DNA of 64,000 bases, taken from an uncultured Bacteroides sp. Lineage in GTDB: Bacteria; Bacteroidota; Bacteroidia; Bacteroidales; Bacteroidaceae. The position numbers and the translations under genes were made by a program. The stretch is from NCBI GenBank assembly GCA_900553185.1, contig USCT01000009.1, forward strand, positions 677 to 64,676, in the 5' to 3' direction. Below are positions 41,086 through 51,546 of this stretch, piece after piece; position 1 is the stretch's first letter, and each line of letters begins with the position of its first letter. The notes under the pieces are model-generated. The model did not search any database. It saw only the letters and a program-made list of their open reading frames with translations, and had not been told where the DNA came from.

Positions 41086-42036
41086 ATGGACATATCTGTT
41101 GTAATACCTTTATATAATGAAGAAGAATCCTTGCCCGAACTCTATGCTTGGATTGAACGTGTAATGAATGCCAACGGCTTCAGCTACGAAGTAATTTTCG
41201 TAAACGACGGAAGCACAGACGGTTCCTGGAAAGTCATCGAAGGACTCAAACAAAAATCCGATTGCGTAAAAGGAATCAAGTTCCGCCGGAACTATGGAAA
41301 ATCGCCCGCCCTCTTCTGCGGATTCGAAAAAGCACAGGGCGACGTGGTCATCACCATGGACGCCGACCTGCAGGACAGTCCCGATGAAATACCGGAACTG
41401 TACCGGATGATTACACAAGACGGATATGATCTGGTATCCGGATGGAAGCAGAAACGGTACGACCCGCTCTCAAAAACCATTCCTACCAAACTCTTCAATG
41501 CCACCGCACGTGCCGTTTCGGGTATTCATAACCTGCACGACTTCAACTGCGGCCTCAAGGCCTACCGACGCGACGTGGTAAAAAACATCGAAGTATACGG
41601 CGAAATGCACCGCTACATCCCTTATCTGGCCAAAAATGCCGGATTTACCCGCATCGGTGAAAAGGTAGTACACCACCAGGCCCGCAAGTACGGAAAGACC
41701 AAATTCGGACTGAACCGTTTCGTCAACGGTTACCTCGACCTGCTGACTCTCTGGTTCCTGTCCACCTTCGGCGTGAAACCCATGCACATCTTCGGATTCC
41801 TGGGATCCATCATGTTTATCCTTGGATTTATCTCGGTCATCATCGTAGGAGCCAGCAAGCTTTATGACATGTATTGCGGAAATCCGTACCGCCTGGTAAC
41901 GGAAAATCCGTACTTCTATCTGGCACTGACCACCATGGTGATCGGTACCCAGCTGTTTCTGGCCGGATTCCTGGGAGAACTGATAGCCCGCAATTCTACT
42001 GAACGAAACAAATACCAAATCGAAAAAGAACTGTAA
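41086..42036 (+). CDS. GT2 polyprenol-phosphate glycosyltransferase (DPM1/ArnC-like)
   Basis: VVIPLYNEE, NDGSTD, MDADLQD, C-terminal TMs. Confidence 0.92.
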   Translation: MDISVVIPLYNEEESLPELYAWIERVMNANGFSYEVIFVNDGSTDGSWKVIEGLKQKSDCVKGIKFRRNYGKSPALFCGFEKAQGDVVITMDADLQDSPDEIPELYRMITQDGYDLVSGWKQKRYDPLSKTIPTKLFNATARAVSGIHNLHDFNCGLKAYRRDVVKNIEVYGEMHRYIPYLAKNAGFTRIGEKVVHHQARKYGKTKFGLNRFVNGYLDLLTLWFLSTFGVKPMHIFGFLGSIMFILGFISVIIVGASKLYDMYCGNPYRLVTENPYFYLALTTMVIGTQLFLAGFLGELIARNSTERNKYQIEKEL

Positions 42037-42041
42037 TCCGT

Positions 42042-42593
42042 ATGAAGAAACTACCGGTTATCGTATGCATTCTGCTGGCTTTTTTCTGCTTTCCGGCCTG
42101 TGAAGAAGAAGATTGTCCCCTCAACACCCTGTCGTATGCCAAATTCCAACTGGTAAACCAGTACGGACAGTCTATCAGCTACCTCGACACCATCACCGTC
42201 ATCGGACAGATCAAGGCCGATGTAACCCGCTATGACACCCTGTCCGACGGAACCCTGCACGAAGTCATCGTACACGATTCCCTCATCAGCGACACCCTGA
42301 TCAATCGGGAAACCAACGTCAGCACCCTCAGTATACCGTTGAGCTATGACGACGAGACCCTCATCACCCTCGTCTACAACAATACGTATAAAGACCAGTT
42401 TACCATCCATCACCGGAACATTCCCTATTTTCTGAACCTGGATTGCGGAACCATGATGTTCTATGAAATAACCGGAGTCACTCCCGATCAGATTCGTATG
42501 ATGGACTCCATCGTTATCACTAACCCGAATATCGACAACAATGAAAAAGAAAATTTCAAGTTATATTTTACCACTTCTTCTGATGGGGAGTAG
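42042..42593 (+). CDS. Lipoprotein (DUF6452-like)
   Basis: FPAC lipobox, DCP, LDCG. Confidence 0.7.
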   Translation: MKKLPVIVCILLAFFCFPACEEEDCPLNTLSYAKFQLVNQYGQSISYLDTITVIGQIKADVTRYDTLSDGTLHEVIVHDSLISDTLINRETNVSTLSIPLSYDDETLITLVYNNTYKDQFTIHHRNIPYFLNLDCGTMMFYEITGVTPDQIRMMDSIVITNPNIDNNEKENFKLYFTTSSDGE

Positions 42594-43251
42594 TTTCCTG
42601 CCGATAACGGGATGGAGTCAGACCAAATTTGAGAAAGTAACCATCATCGAGGAAAAAGAACACATCCCCTTCTATCAGGGAACCGCCATCGGAGTAGAAA
42701 TAGCAGGACCCGTCAGCAACTTGCTGGGAAGTGACATCTTCAACACGGAAATTCAGGTTCAAAGCAACCTGAAGAACATGTTCTTCCCCACTGTAGAAAT
42801 AGGATATGGAAAGACCAATACCTTCAACGAGGACACCGAACTCTCCTACAAGACTTCAGCCCCGTATTTCCGGATAGGACTTGACATCAATGCACTGTAT
42901 AAAAAGACTCACCTTCCGGGCTGGTTGCTCGTAGGTTTGCGCTACGGATTCACGTCGTTCACGTACGACACCAAAGGCCCCGCCATGCAGGACCCCAACT
43001 ACGGAGGCATCGTGACCGTTCCCTTCGACTATCCGGGACTGAAAAGCAAGGCCGGCTGGGTAGAAATCGTCTTAGGCATGAAAGCCCGGATCTACAAGGG
43101 ATTCTGCATGGGCTGGAACGTACGCTACAAGAAACGCCTCAGCATTACCCGACACGAAAATGCCGAAGCCTGGTACGTTCCCGGATTCGGCAAGAACAGC
43201 GGAACAAGCTTTAACTTCACATACAACATTATTTACAATTTACCATTCTGA
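42541..43251 (+). CDS. Outer membrane beta-barrel (DUF6048-like)
   Basis: Signal peptide, FPTVEIG, YVPGFG, terminal YNLPF. Confidence 0.7.
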   Translation: MKKKISSYILPLLLMGSSFLPITGWSQTKFEKVTIIEEKEHIPFYQGTAIGVEIAGPVSNLLGSDIFNTEIQVQSNLKNMFFPTVEIGYGKTNTFNEDTELSYKTSAPYFRIGLDINALYKKTHLPGWLLVGLRYGFTSFTYDTKGPAMQDPNYGGIVTVPFDYPGLKSKAGWVEIVLGMKARIYKGFCMGWNVRYKKRLSITRHENAEAWYVPGFGKNSGTSFNFTYNIIYNLPF

Positions 43252-43253
43252 CA

Positions 43254-43829
43254 ATGAGCTCTTTAGAAATATGGTTACTGGCAGTCAGCCTGGCTATCGA
43301 CTGCTTTACCGTATCGGTCACCAGCGGAATTATCCTGCACCGGATCCGATGGGGTACCTTCCTGAAAATGGGCTTTTTCTTCGGCCTCTTCCAGGCCCTG
43401 ATGCCATTCATCGGATGGCTGGGAGCCAGCCGGTTCAGCAAGCTCATCGAATCATACGACCACTGGATAGCCTTCGGCCTGCTGGCCTTCCTGGGCATAC
43501 GCATGATCCGTGAACATTTCAAGAACGAAGAAGAAAGCAGCTTCGACCCTACCCGTCTGAAAGTAATCCTTACACTGGCCGTAGCCACCAGCATCGACGC
43601 CCTGGCCGTGGGAATCTCATTCGCCTTTACCGGCTACAGGAGCCTCGAATCGCTGGCCTTTCCGCTCACCGCCATCGGCATCGCCTCGCTCGTCATCTCC
43701 ATCATCGGAAGTCTCATCGGGGTATTCTGCGGAAAGCGGTTCAACCTGCGCATGGAACTCTTCGGAGGACTGGTACTCATCGGTATCGGACTGAAAATCT
43801 TAATCGAACATTTACTTACCCAAGCTTAA
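43254..43829 (+). CDS. mntP: Manganese efflux pump
   Basis: SLAIDCF, FQALMP, DHWIAF, ATSIDALAVG. Confidence 0.9.
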   Translation: MSSLEIWLLAVSLAIDCFTVSVTSGIILHRIRWGTFLKMGFFFGLFQALMPFIGWLGASRFSKLIESYDHWIAFGLLAFLGIRMIREHFKNEEESSFDPTRLKVILTLAVATSIDALAVGISFAFTGYRSLESLAFPLTAIGIASLVISIIGSLIGVFCGKRFNLRMELFGGLVLIGIGLKILIEHLLTQA

Positions 43830-43840
43830 CTTCATATCGT

Positions 43841-44848
43841 ATGGCAAACAAACAACTCAGATGGCAGCTCCCCTTCCTTGTGGTACTCATCGTAGGAACC
43901 GTGCTGATTCTGCGCAAGCAGGCACCCTACCAGACCGATCAGGGATTCGTGTTCGGGACCATCTACAAGATTACGTATCAATCAAAAGAAAATCTGAAAA
44001 ATGACATCGAAGCGGAACTGAAAAAGGTAGACAACTCACTCTCTCCGTTCAACAAGGCTTCGGTCATCACCCGTATCAACGAAAATACCGACCTCACCGC
44101 CGACTCACTCTTCACCGAAGTCTTCCTGCTGGCCAAACAGATTTCTCAGGAAACCCACGGCGCTTTCGACATCACCGTGGCTCCGCTGGTGAATGCCTGG
44201 GGATTCGGTTTCAAAAACGCGGCACAGGTAGATTCGGCCCTGATAGACAGCCTGACCCAGTTTGTCGGTATCGACAAGGTAAATCTGGTGAACGGTAAGA
44301 TTGTCAAGAAAGATCCTCGCCTGATGCTGGATTGCAGCGCCATTGCCAAGGGATACGGAGTGGATCGTGTGGCCCGCCTGCTGGACAGCAAGGGAGTACG
44401 CAACTACATGATCGACATCGGCGGAGAACTGGTCATGAAGGGTGAAAATCCGAAGATGGAAACCTGGAGTATCGGAGTCAACAAACCGATAGACGATTCA
44501 CTCTCGGTAAATCAGGAGATTCAGACCGTACTGAAACTCACCAACGTGGGCCTGGCCACATCGGGCAACTACCGGAACTTCTACTACAAGGGCGGCAAAA
44601 AATACGCCCACACCATCGACCCGCGCACGGGCTATCCCATCCAGCACAACATCCTCTCGGCTACCGTAGTAGCACCGAATTGCGCCACAGCCGACGCATA
44701 CGCCACTTCGTTCATGGTACTGGGACTGGATTCGGCCAAACAGATCTGCAACGCTCATCCGGAACTGGACGCATATTTCATCTATACGACCGACAAGGGA
44801 AATACGGAAATCTATTACACCACCGGCATGAAGCAATACCTGAAATAA
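43841..44848 (+). CDS. apbE: FAD:protein FMN transferase
   Basis: GAFDIT, AIAKGY, DIGGE, ATSGNY, HTIDPRTG, ADAYAT. Confidence 0.93.
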   Translation: MANKQLRWQLPFLVVLIVGTVLILRKQAPYQTDQGFVFGTIYKITYQSKENLKNDIEAELKKVDNSLSPFNKASVITRINENTDLTADSLFTEVFLLAKQISQETHGAFDITVAPLVNAWGFGFKNAAQVDSALIDSLTQFVGIDKVNLVNGKIVKKDPRLMLDCSAIAKGYGVDRVARLLDSKGVRNYMIDIGGELVMKGENPKMETWSIGVNKPIDDSLSVNQEIQTVLKLTNVGLATSGNYRNFYYKGGKKYAHTIDPRTGYPIQHNILSATVVAPNCATADAYATSFMVLGLDSAKQICNAHPELDAYFIYTTDKGNTEIYYTTGMKQYLK

Positions 44849-44865
44849 CCGTTATACCGGTCAAA

Positions 44866-44950
44866 AAAACGTCCGTTCGTTTCCATCAAAAGGAACGGAC
44901 GCATTAAAGAAAATGTCCGTTTGTTCGAATCAAAACAAACGGACATTTTT
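44866..44950. repeat. Two adjacent REP-like inverted repeats
   Basis: CGTCCGTTC...GAACGGACG and AAAATGTCCGTTTGTT...AACAAACGGACATTTT. Confidence 0.7.
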
Positions 44951-44977
44951 TTGCCTCCGAAACCTGGAATGATATTA

Positions 44978-45002
44978 GGACGCACGGACCGTGCGTCCCT
45001 AC
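44978..45002 (-). repeat. GTAG-tagged REP-type palindrome
   Basis: Minus strand reads GTAG-GGACGCACGG-T-CCGTGCGTCC. Confidence 0.65.
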
Positions 45003-45032
45003 CTGTTATATCAATTATTTAAAGGCCATCAC

Positions 45033-45935
45033 TTAATGCGAACTTCCGATGTAAAGGAAAATCATACCCAACAGTACCAGTACCAGATCGATAGCCTTGC
45101 TTGTAAGGTTCTTCTCACGGAAAATCATGGCACCGAAGAGGAAGGAAACCAGCACGCTGCTCCGGCGTACCATCGATACGATAGAAATCATGGATCCGTC
45201 CATACTCAGGGCGTAGAAATACACGAAATCGGCTGCCGAAAGGAACACCGAAATCAGAATGATGCACCAATCCCAATGAAAGGGAGTCGTAGTCTTCCGT
45301 TTGGGCCACCAGAGAAACATCAGCACACCGCCCATGAGGAAGAGCTGATACACGTTGTACCACGCCTGTACCACCATGTTGTCGAAACGTCCCATCAGGT
45401 ACTTGTCATACAGACCGCTGACAGCTCCCAACAAAGCTGCCAACACAATAAACCAGATCCAGCGGTTATGCTGGAAATCGATACCCTCTTTCTTGCCCGA
45501 ACGGCTCAGCAGGAAAAAGGAAACAATGGCCAGCAGCACACCGATCCACTGATACAGATTCAGCCGTTCACCGAAGATCAGCAGGGCTCCCACCAGAGTC
45601 ATGACCGGACGGGTTGCGTTGATAGGGCCCACGATGGTGAGCGGCAAATGTTTCATACCGAAATACCCGAAAGTCCACGAAGAAAGGACGATGACCGATT
45701 TCAGGAGAATGTACCGGTGCACCTCCCATCCGGCATCGGGTACATAAAAAATAGTCTGCTCCAACCATTCCGGACGAAAATGTGAAATGAGGATAAACGG
45801 TAAGAATATCAGACTGGAAAAAAGCGTATTCAGTCCCAGCACGGGAAGTACGGCATTGCCTGCCAACGATTTTTTCTTGAATACGTCATAGAAGCCCAGC
45901 AGCGCCGCCGAGCAGAAAGCCAAAAGTAACCACAT
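45033..45935 (-). CDS. EamA/DMT family transporter
   Basis: About ten TMs, LIFGERL, IFREKN. Confidence 0.88.
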   Translation of the reverse strand: MWLLLAFCSAALLGFYDVFKKKSLAGNAVLPVLGLNTLFSSLIFLPFILISHFRPEWLEQTIFYVPDAGWEVHRYILLKSVIVLSSWTFGYFGMKHLPLTIVGPINATRPVMTLVGALLIFGERLNLYQWIGVLLAIVSFFLLSRSGKKEGIDFQHNRWIWFIVLAALLGAVSGLYDKYLMGRFDNMVVQAWYNVYQLFLMGGVLMFLWWPKRKTTTPFHWDWCIILISVFLSAADFVYFYALSMDGSMISIVSMVRRSSVLVSFLFGAMIFREKNLTSKAIDLVLVLLGMIFLYIGSSH

Positions 45936-46039
45936 AGTTCTATCAATTTTTCAGCCTGCAAAATTAGGGAATTAAGCCGTGCCACACAAGCATATTTTCC
46001 GTAACCTCACCACTTTTTCACCGGTTCCGGTATGGGAAA

Positions 46040-47353
46040 TCAACGGGCAACCACGTCGGGAAACGAAATGCGGAAACGTGTCAGACCGTCGGGATAGGTA
46101 CGGAGAGAAAAAGCACACCCGTGCTTGGTCAGCACTTCGCGTATGAAAATCAGGCCGATACCCTGCCCGTTCGGCTTGGTGGAAAAGAAAGGGCTGAAAA
46201 GCTTGGCTTCCACCTCCCGGCTGATTCCTTTTCCATTATCGGCTATCTCCAGCGTAACCGGCGAAGCAGTAGTACGGATGTAAATGTCGCCACACTCACC
46301 AATACTCTCGGCCGCATTCTTGATGATGTTTACCATCACCTGTTCGAACAGGACGGTATCTATCCGAACCGAAGGATTTTCGGAACAAAGCTCGTTGTGC
46401 AGGGTAATCTGACGATCTCGGCACACTGTTTCCATGAACATCCGACAGGCGGTTACCCGATCGTTCAGATGTACCTGTTGAAGGCTGGGTTCGGGTATCT
46501 TCACCACATTGGCAAAGTTAGTGATGAAACTGCTCATCCCGTAGCAGCGCTCCACACACACCTTCATTACCTCCTGTATGTCTTCGGTATCTTCCATTTC
46601 CTTGAGCGCCTCGCCTACCGTTTCCAATGTGGAGGTGATACCTGCAGTAGTATTGTTTACCTCATGGGCTATCATGCGGATGACTTTCTCGTATGCCTTC
46701 TTTTCGGCTTTTACCACTTCGGCGGTAAGACTCTCTATCAGTACGAAAGGATGGGCAAAGCCACGGTCAACAAATGAAAGACTCGAGCAACGGTAAATCA
46801 TGGCGTCGCTCAGACGGATGGTATCGGAGGTATCTTTGGGCAGACGGGCTATCTCTCCGGCCAGTGGGGTTTCCAGTTCCTGAAAACGCTTGCCAATCAG
46901 TTCGCCGGCCACCGTATAGCCCAGAAAGCGCAAGGCCGCCGCATTCAGCATGGAAATCTTTCCGTCGAAATCCAGAATCACCACTCCCATGGGGGAAACA
47001 TTGATGAGCAGGTCCAAAAAATGATTCTGCTCCCGAAGCCTCAGACGTTCGTTCTTCAACTGATCCATCATGCGGTTGAACATATCGACAATCCGGTCGG
47101 CCTCAGCCTGTCCCACCGGTGCCAGACGACTACTGAAGTCCTGCTCGCGAAGCAGATCCATTCCGTTGGCAATGCTATTGAGCGGATTTAACACTTTCCG
47201 GTAAAAATAAACCAGTACCACCAGACCGACCGTAATTACCGCCTCGCCCACGTGTATCAGGGTACCTCCCACCTTCAGGGTGAAGATCAGCAGAATACCC
47301 CATACCACCATCATCAACAAGACGAGCAAGAAAAACAACGTTTTCAGTTTCAT
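46040..47353 (-). CDS. Histidine kinase (2 TM, HAMP, PAS, kinase)
   Basis: AHEVNN, NIIKNA, DNGKG, FFSTK, GIGL. Confidence 0.92.
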   Translation of the reverse strand: MKLKTLFFLLVLLMMVVWGILLIFTLKVGGTLIHVGEAVITVGLVVLVYFYRKVLNPLNSIANGMDLLREQDFSSRLAPVGQAEADRIVDMFNRMMDQLKNERLRLREQNHFLDLLINVSPMGVVILDFDGKISMLNAAALRFLGYTVAGELIGKRFQELETPLAGEIARLPKDTSDTIRLSDAMIYRCSSLSFVDRGFAHPFVLIESLTAEVVKAEKKAYEKVIRMIAHEVNNTTAGITSTLETVGEALKEMEDTEDIQEVMKVCVERCYGMSSFITNFANVVKIPEPSLQQVHLNDRVTACRMFMETVCRDRQITLHNELCSENPSVRIDTVLFEQVMVNIIKNAAESIGECGDIYIRTTASPVTLEIADNGKGISREVEAKLFSPFFSTKPNGQGIGLIFIREVLTKHGCAFSLRTYPDGLTRFRISFPDVVAR

Positions 47354-47365
47354 CGGCTTCCGAAT

Positions 47366-48724
47366 TTAATCGTTGAATGAAATACCGTATTTCTCCAGCC
47401 TCCGGTATAAGGCCGCCCGGCTGATACCCAATGAGAGAGCCACCTGAGAGAGGTTATTCCCGTGGGCTTCGAGCGCCTGCAGGATGGTACGTTTCTCCAG
47501 TTCTTCCAGCGTGAGTCCCTGCAGGCTGTCGAAATGATCGGCTGCAGAGGCTGACGGATGATACTGGGCCTTGAAATCGTCGGCTGTAAGCTGGGGCTTG
47601 CCGGATACCAGCAAGGTACGCTCCACCAGGTTTTTCAACTCGCGGATATTTCCCGGATAAGGCAGACGGCTCAGGTAATCCATTGCGTCGGAAGTCAGTT
47701 CTACGGGAGAAAGTCCGTCGGCCCGGCAACGGCTATCGGCAAAATGACGTGCCAGCAAAGGAATGTCCTCGCGCCGCTCGCGCAAAGCCGGCAAGTGTAC
47801 CGTAATGAGGTTGATGCGATAAAAAAGATCTTCGCGGAAAGTATGCTCACGCACCATCTGCTCCAGGTTGGCATTCGTGGCACAAACTACCCGCACATCC
47901 ACTTTCCGCGGACGGCTCTCACCCAAAGGCTCGAAAGTCTGTTCCTGCAACACCCGGAGGAGCTTCACCTGGCACGCCAGATCCAGTTCACCAATCTCAT
48001 CGAGGAAGATGGTTCCCTTGTCCGCCAGTTCGAAACGTCCCTTACGATCGGCCACCGCATCGGTAAATGCTCCCTTCTTGTGACCGAACATTTCACTCTC
48101 GAACAGAGTCTGCGAAATACCGCCCAGATTGACCTTCACAAACGGCTTGTTCCGACGGGGACTGTTCAGGTGAACGGCTTCCGCTATCAGTTCCTTACCC
48201 GTTCCGCTTTCGCCCGTCACCAATACCGAAGCTCCGGTACGTGCCACCCGCTTCACCGTAGCCAGTACATCCATCAATGCCTTGCTCTTTCCAATGATGT
48301 GACTCCGGTCGAACCCGTCGTCATCGGTTACGGGTGAATCTCCGGAACCATCCTTAGCCGTCAGTTCCAGAGCGGTCTCGATGCGTTGCATCAGGGCCGC
48401 GTTGTTCCAGGGCTTCGTAATGAAATCGAAAGCTCCGGCCTGCATACCCTGTACGGCCAGCGGAATACTTCCCCAGGCGGTCATCAGAATGACCGGCACG
48501 TCGGGACAGAAAATTTTAACCTGTTTCAGCAATACCAACCCTTCCTCACCGTTGGTAGAAAGGCTGAAATTCATATCCATCAGAATGAGTTGCGGCGTAG
48601 CAGAACGTACCGCTTCCAGAGCTTCCTTGGGGCCGGAAACCGCCAAAACCTCGTACTTTGCCCGCTTGAGCATGAAGCTGAGCGAAGAACGGATTGCACT
48701 ATCATCATCTATTATCAATATCAT
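47366..48724 (-). CDS. sigma54-dependent NtrC-family response regulator
   Basis: REC, GESGTGKE, GAFTDA, FLDEIG, PGNIREL, Fis HTH; own TACTTTTG box at 48733-48740. Confidence 0.95.
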   Translation of the reverse strand: MILIIDDDSAIRSSLSFMLKRAKYEVLAVSGPKEALEAVRSATPQLILMDMNFSLSTNGEEGLVLLKQVKIFCPDVPVILMTAWGSIPLAVQGMQAGAFDFITKPWNNAALMQRIETALELTAKDGSGDSPVTDDDGFDRSHIIGKSKALMDVLATVKRVARTGASVLVTGESGTGKELIAEAVHLNSPRRNKPFVKVNLGGISQTLFESEMFGHKKGAFTDAVADRKGRFELADKGTIFLDEIGELDLACQVKLLRVLQEQTFEPLGESRPRKVDVRVVCATNANLEQMVREHTFREDLFYRINLITVHLPALRERREDIPLLARHFADSRCRADGLSPVELTSDAMDYLSRLPYPGNIRELKNLVERTLLVSGKPQLTADDFKAQYHPSASAADHFDSLQGLTLEELEKRTILQALEAHGNNLSQVALSLGISRAALYRRLEKYGISFND

Positions 48725-48765
48725 AACATCGGCAAAAGTACATATTAATCGCTTATTTCGCGGTT

Positions 48766-50259
48766 TTATCTTCTGACTATTTTCTCGAAATCGGCATCAA
48801 TGCCCGTGTTGGTGACAAAATCCCAAAGGGTCAGGCTACGCAGTTGGTAATAATAATACCAGTAATAAAAAAGCTCGTTGATGTGTTTGCGGCGTGCCTC
48901 ATCCTTCTGGCTCTGGGAATCGTTCAGGTCGAGGGTGGAAATCTTTCCGATGAGAAAAGTCTCTACGTTGGTATGGTAACGCTTCCGGGCAATACTGTCG
49001 GACTCATCGGCCAGATGAAGCTGGGTCTGCTGGTTGTTGAACTGCTCCACCAGAATGAAGATGTTCTGGTTGAAGTTCATCGATTCCTGACGCAACTTGC
49101 TCTCGGTCACCTCGCGGTTGCTCTGTGCCACCTTCACCTGCCCGCGGCGTTTTCCCCAGTCCAGAATCGGAATCTTGAATCCCACCTCTACCACCTGATT
49201 GTCCTTCAGTCGGCGGTAGGCACTATCAAACCGATTGTCCGTACCGGTGAAACCCACCTGAGCGAAGAGGGTGATTTCACGCATGTTTCCCTTGGCCTTT
49301 GCCACCTCGTAATCGGCTTCCAGCTGACGCCGCCGGATGTTGTGGGCAAAAGAGTTATTGGCCAGTGCCTTCTGTAGCACATCGTCGTAGTCCAGGCGTA
49401 CATCGGGCACCGAATCGGGTACCACCGGTTCCAACTCCTCGTCTTCACTCAGCGCAAGGAAAGAACGAAGGGTAAACATACTGCTTTTCAAGGAACTCTC
49501 GTTCGAAGTCAGGGTAGAACGGGCATCCAGCATATTCAGTTCCAGTTGCAACAAATCGTTCTCACTGATTTGTCCCATACGTCGTTTTGCCTTCGCCACT
49601 TCGTAAAGCTTCTCGGCATTGGCCAGATTCTGACGGGCAATAGCCACATTCTCACGGGCCAGCAAGAGGTTGAAGAAATGATTGATGGTGGTCATCGTTA
49701 CTTCTTCGGTCGCACTCAGAAAAGCCGCCTTCGCCTCGGCATAACGTACCGGTTCGATACGACGGTTCCACTTGATGTTATTCACGCCAAAGATCGGCTG
49801 GTTCAATGTCAGGGCAACCGGTACGGACATGAAGCGATTCCCCACCGTTCCGTCCATCTGACGGAGAAAGTCGAGCGACGTATTCAATGACAAGGTACCT
49901 CCTGTAAACCAGATATTCTGATCGATGGAAAGTTGTCCGTTCATCTGCAGGTAGTTGTTCCGAACGAAAGTGTACGAACCATCGTCCTGCTGATTAGAAT
50001 TGTAACTTTTGTTGTATGAAGGCAGGGTAGCCGTAAAATTCACTTCGGGCAACAAATCGGCACGGAAGGTACGGTACTCCCAGTAAGCAGTCTTCAACTC
50101 GTTCAAAGCCACGGCGGCATCCACACTCTGTACACGTGCCAAAGTAATGGCTTCATCCAGTGTAATGGTGCGTTGCCGCACCGGAGTTTCTGTTTCTCCG
50201 GTCGCAAGCACCGTGTTAAGAGAGAGTAAAGAACAAATAAGTAAAAAAGTTCGTTTCAT
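48766..50259 (-). CDS. TolC-family outer membrane efflux protein
   Basis: Signal peptide, two OEP-like repeats, IPILDWG. Confidence 0.88.
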   Translation of the reverse strand: MKRTFLLICSLLSLNTVLATGETETPVRQRTITLDEAITLARVQSVDAAVALNELKTAYWEYRTFRADLLPEVNFTATLPSYNKSYNSNQQDDGSYTFVRNNYLQMNGQLSIDQNIWFTGGTLSLNTSLDFLRQMDGTVGNRFMSVPVALTLNQPIFGVNNIKWNRRIEPVRYAEAKAAFLSATEEVTMTTINHFFNLLLARENVAIARQNLANAEKLYEVAKAKRRMGQISENDLLQLELNMLDARSTLTSNESSLKSSMFTLRSFLALSEDEELEPVVPDSVPDVRLDYDDVLQKALANNSFAHNIRRRQLEADYEVAKAKGNMREITLFAQVGFTGTDNRFDSAYRRLKDNQVVEVGFKIPILDWGKRRGQVKVAQSNREVTESKLRQESMNFNQNIFILVEQFNNQQTQLHLADESDSIARKRYHTNVETFLIGKISTLDLNDSQSQKDEARRKHINELFYYWYYYYQLRSLTLWDFVTNTGIDADFEKIVRR

Positions 50260-50289
50260 ATTTTCAGGCTAATTAGGATTCTACAAAAA

Positions 50290-51543
50290 TTATTCATCGT
50301 GCAAGGCCTCGGCAGGCTGCACCTTCATGGCCCGTCGGGCAGGATACCAGATACCCAAGACTATCATCAGAGCCATGAGCAGGAACGCGCCTCCGAAACA
50401 TTCCACAAAACGCATCACAGAAACATCGAGCAACGTATGCACCGTCAGATCGGCCCATTGGATATTGAAGGCAATCACCAGGGCCGGTATCACCGCCAAT
50501 AGCAGAAGAGTAAGCCCTTCCAACAGAAAATACCGCATCAATACCCATCGGCTGCTTCCCAATGCCATACGCAGAGCTATCTCGCAACGACGCTTTCGGG
50601 TACGGTACCAGAAGGTAGCAAAGACACACAGAAAGACATTAAACAAAAAGAAAGCTGCCACGGCATAAACTGTATTGAGGTAATTTACCGTTCCCTCCTG
50701 CACGTCATAAGCCTCCTTCATATCGTCATACGAACGGATATTATCCAAATAGAAGATTCCGCGGTCGAATACCGGCTGCATGTCACGCCGGAAACGCTCG
50801 GCAAATCCTGCTACATGATCGGGCGAAACCCGTATCGCCACATGTTGCCAGAACAAGGCCTTATCGGCAGGCAAGTAAATGAAGGGTTCATATCTCTCAT
50901 AGTCACCCAGCTTGTGTCGGGGCAGAACGGCGGCCACCCGGTAATTGGTCACCGGATTTTTAGTGTTCAACCAATAGGGATTGAAGCAAGTCCTGCCTAC
51001 CGCGTCACCCGCATGAGGCAATTGGAACAGGGAATCCACCAGGTCAACACTCATCAGTGCGGGAACAGGGTTTTCGGCCGGTGACCAGTGCTTCTCATCC
51101 AACTGTCCGGCCAATGGATTCAAGCGGAATACCTTGAAGTAGGAAGATGTCACGTATCTGATGTAACAATTTACCACATTCGTTGAATCGGTATGCGGCG
51201 CATATCCTTCGGACATCACCTCATCCGTATAAGGGACACTCCCGTAATAGGCACAAACTTCTTCTACCCCGGGATAATCCTTTATCAGGTTATACAGATA
51301 GGTGAAATCTTCTCCGGCCCGCCGGTTGTCGGTATCGTTAATGAACTCCAACGGTTTGGTACCCATCGTCAGGTCGAACACACACGAGGTATCATATCCT
51401 TTGGATTTCCAGGCCGCCCCTTCGAAATTATATACGACATCGATACCATACCACAACAATACGGTCACGATACACAATTCGGTCCAAAGCCAGGCGTTGG
51501 TACGCCGCTGGTTCCATATCTGATTGAAAATCTGTTTCCACAT
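50290..51543 (-). CDS. MacB/FtsX-type ABC permease, type B
   Basis: TFWYRT...EIALRMALG...PARRAMKVQPAEALHDE. Confidence 0.9.
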   Translation of the reverse strand: MWKQIFNQIWNQRRTNAWLWTELCIVTVLLWYGIDVVYNFEGAAWKSKGYDTSCVFDLTMGTKPLEFINDTDNRRAGEDFTYLYNLIKDYPGVEEVCAYYGSVPYTDEVMSEGYAPHTDSTNVVNCYIRYVTSSYFKVFRLNPLAGQLDEKHWSPAENPVPALMSVDLVDSLFQLPHAGDAVGRTCFNPYWLNTKNPVTNYRVAAVLPRHKLGDYERYEPFIYLPADKALFWQHVAIRVSPDHVAGFAERFRRDMQPVFDRGIFYLDNIRSYDDMKEAYDVQEGTVNYLNTVYAVAAFFLFNVFLCVFATFWYRTRKRRCEIALRMALGSSRWVLMRYFLLEGLTLLLLAVIPALVIAFNIQWADLTVHTLLDVSVMRFVECFGGAFLLMALMIVLGIWYPARRAMKVQPAEALHDE

Positions 51544-51546
51544 AGC

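Noticed and set aside
44991..45785. 264-aa plus-strand ORF
   Set aside because: Antisense shadow of the EamA gene
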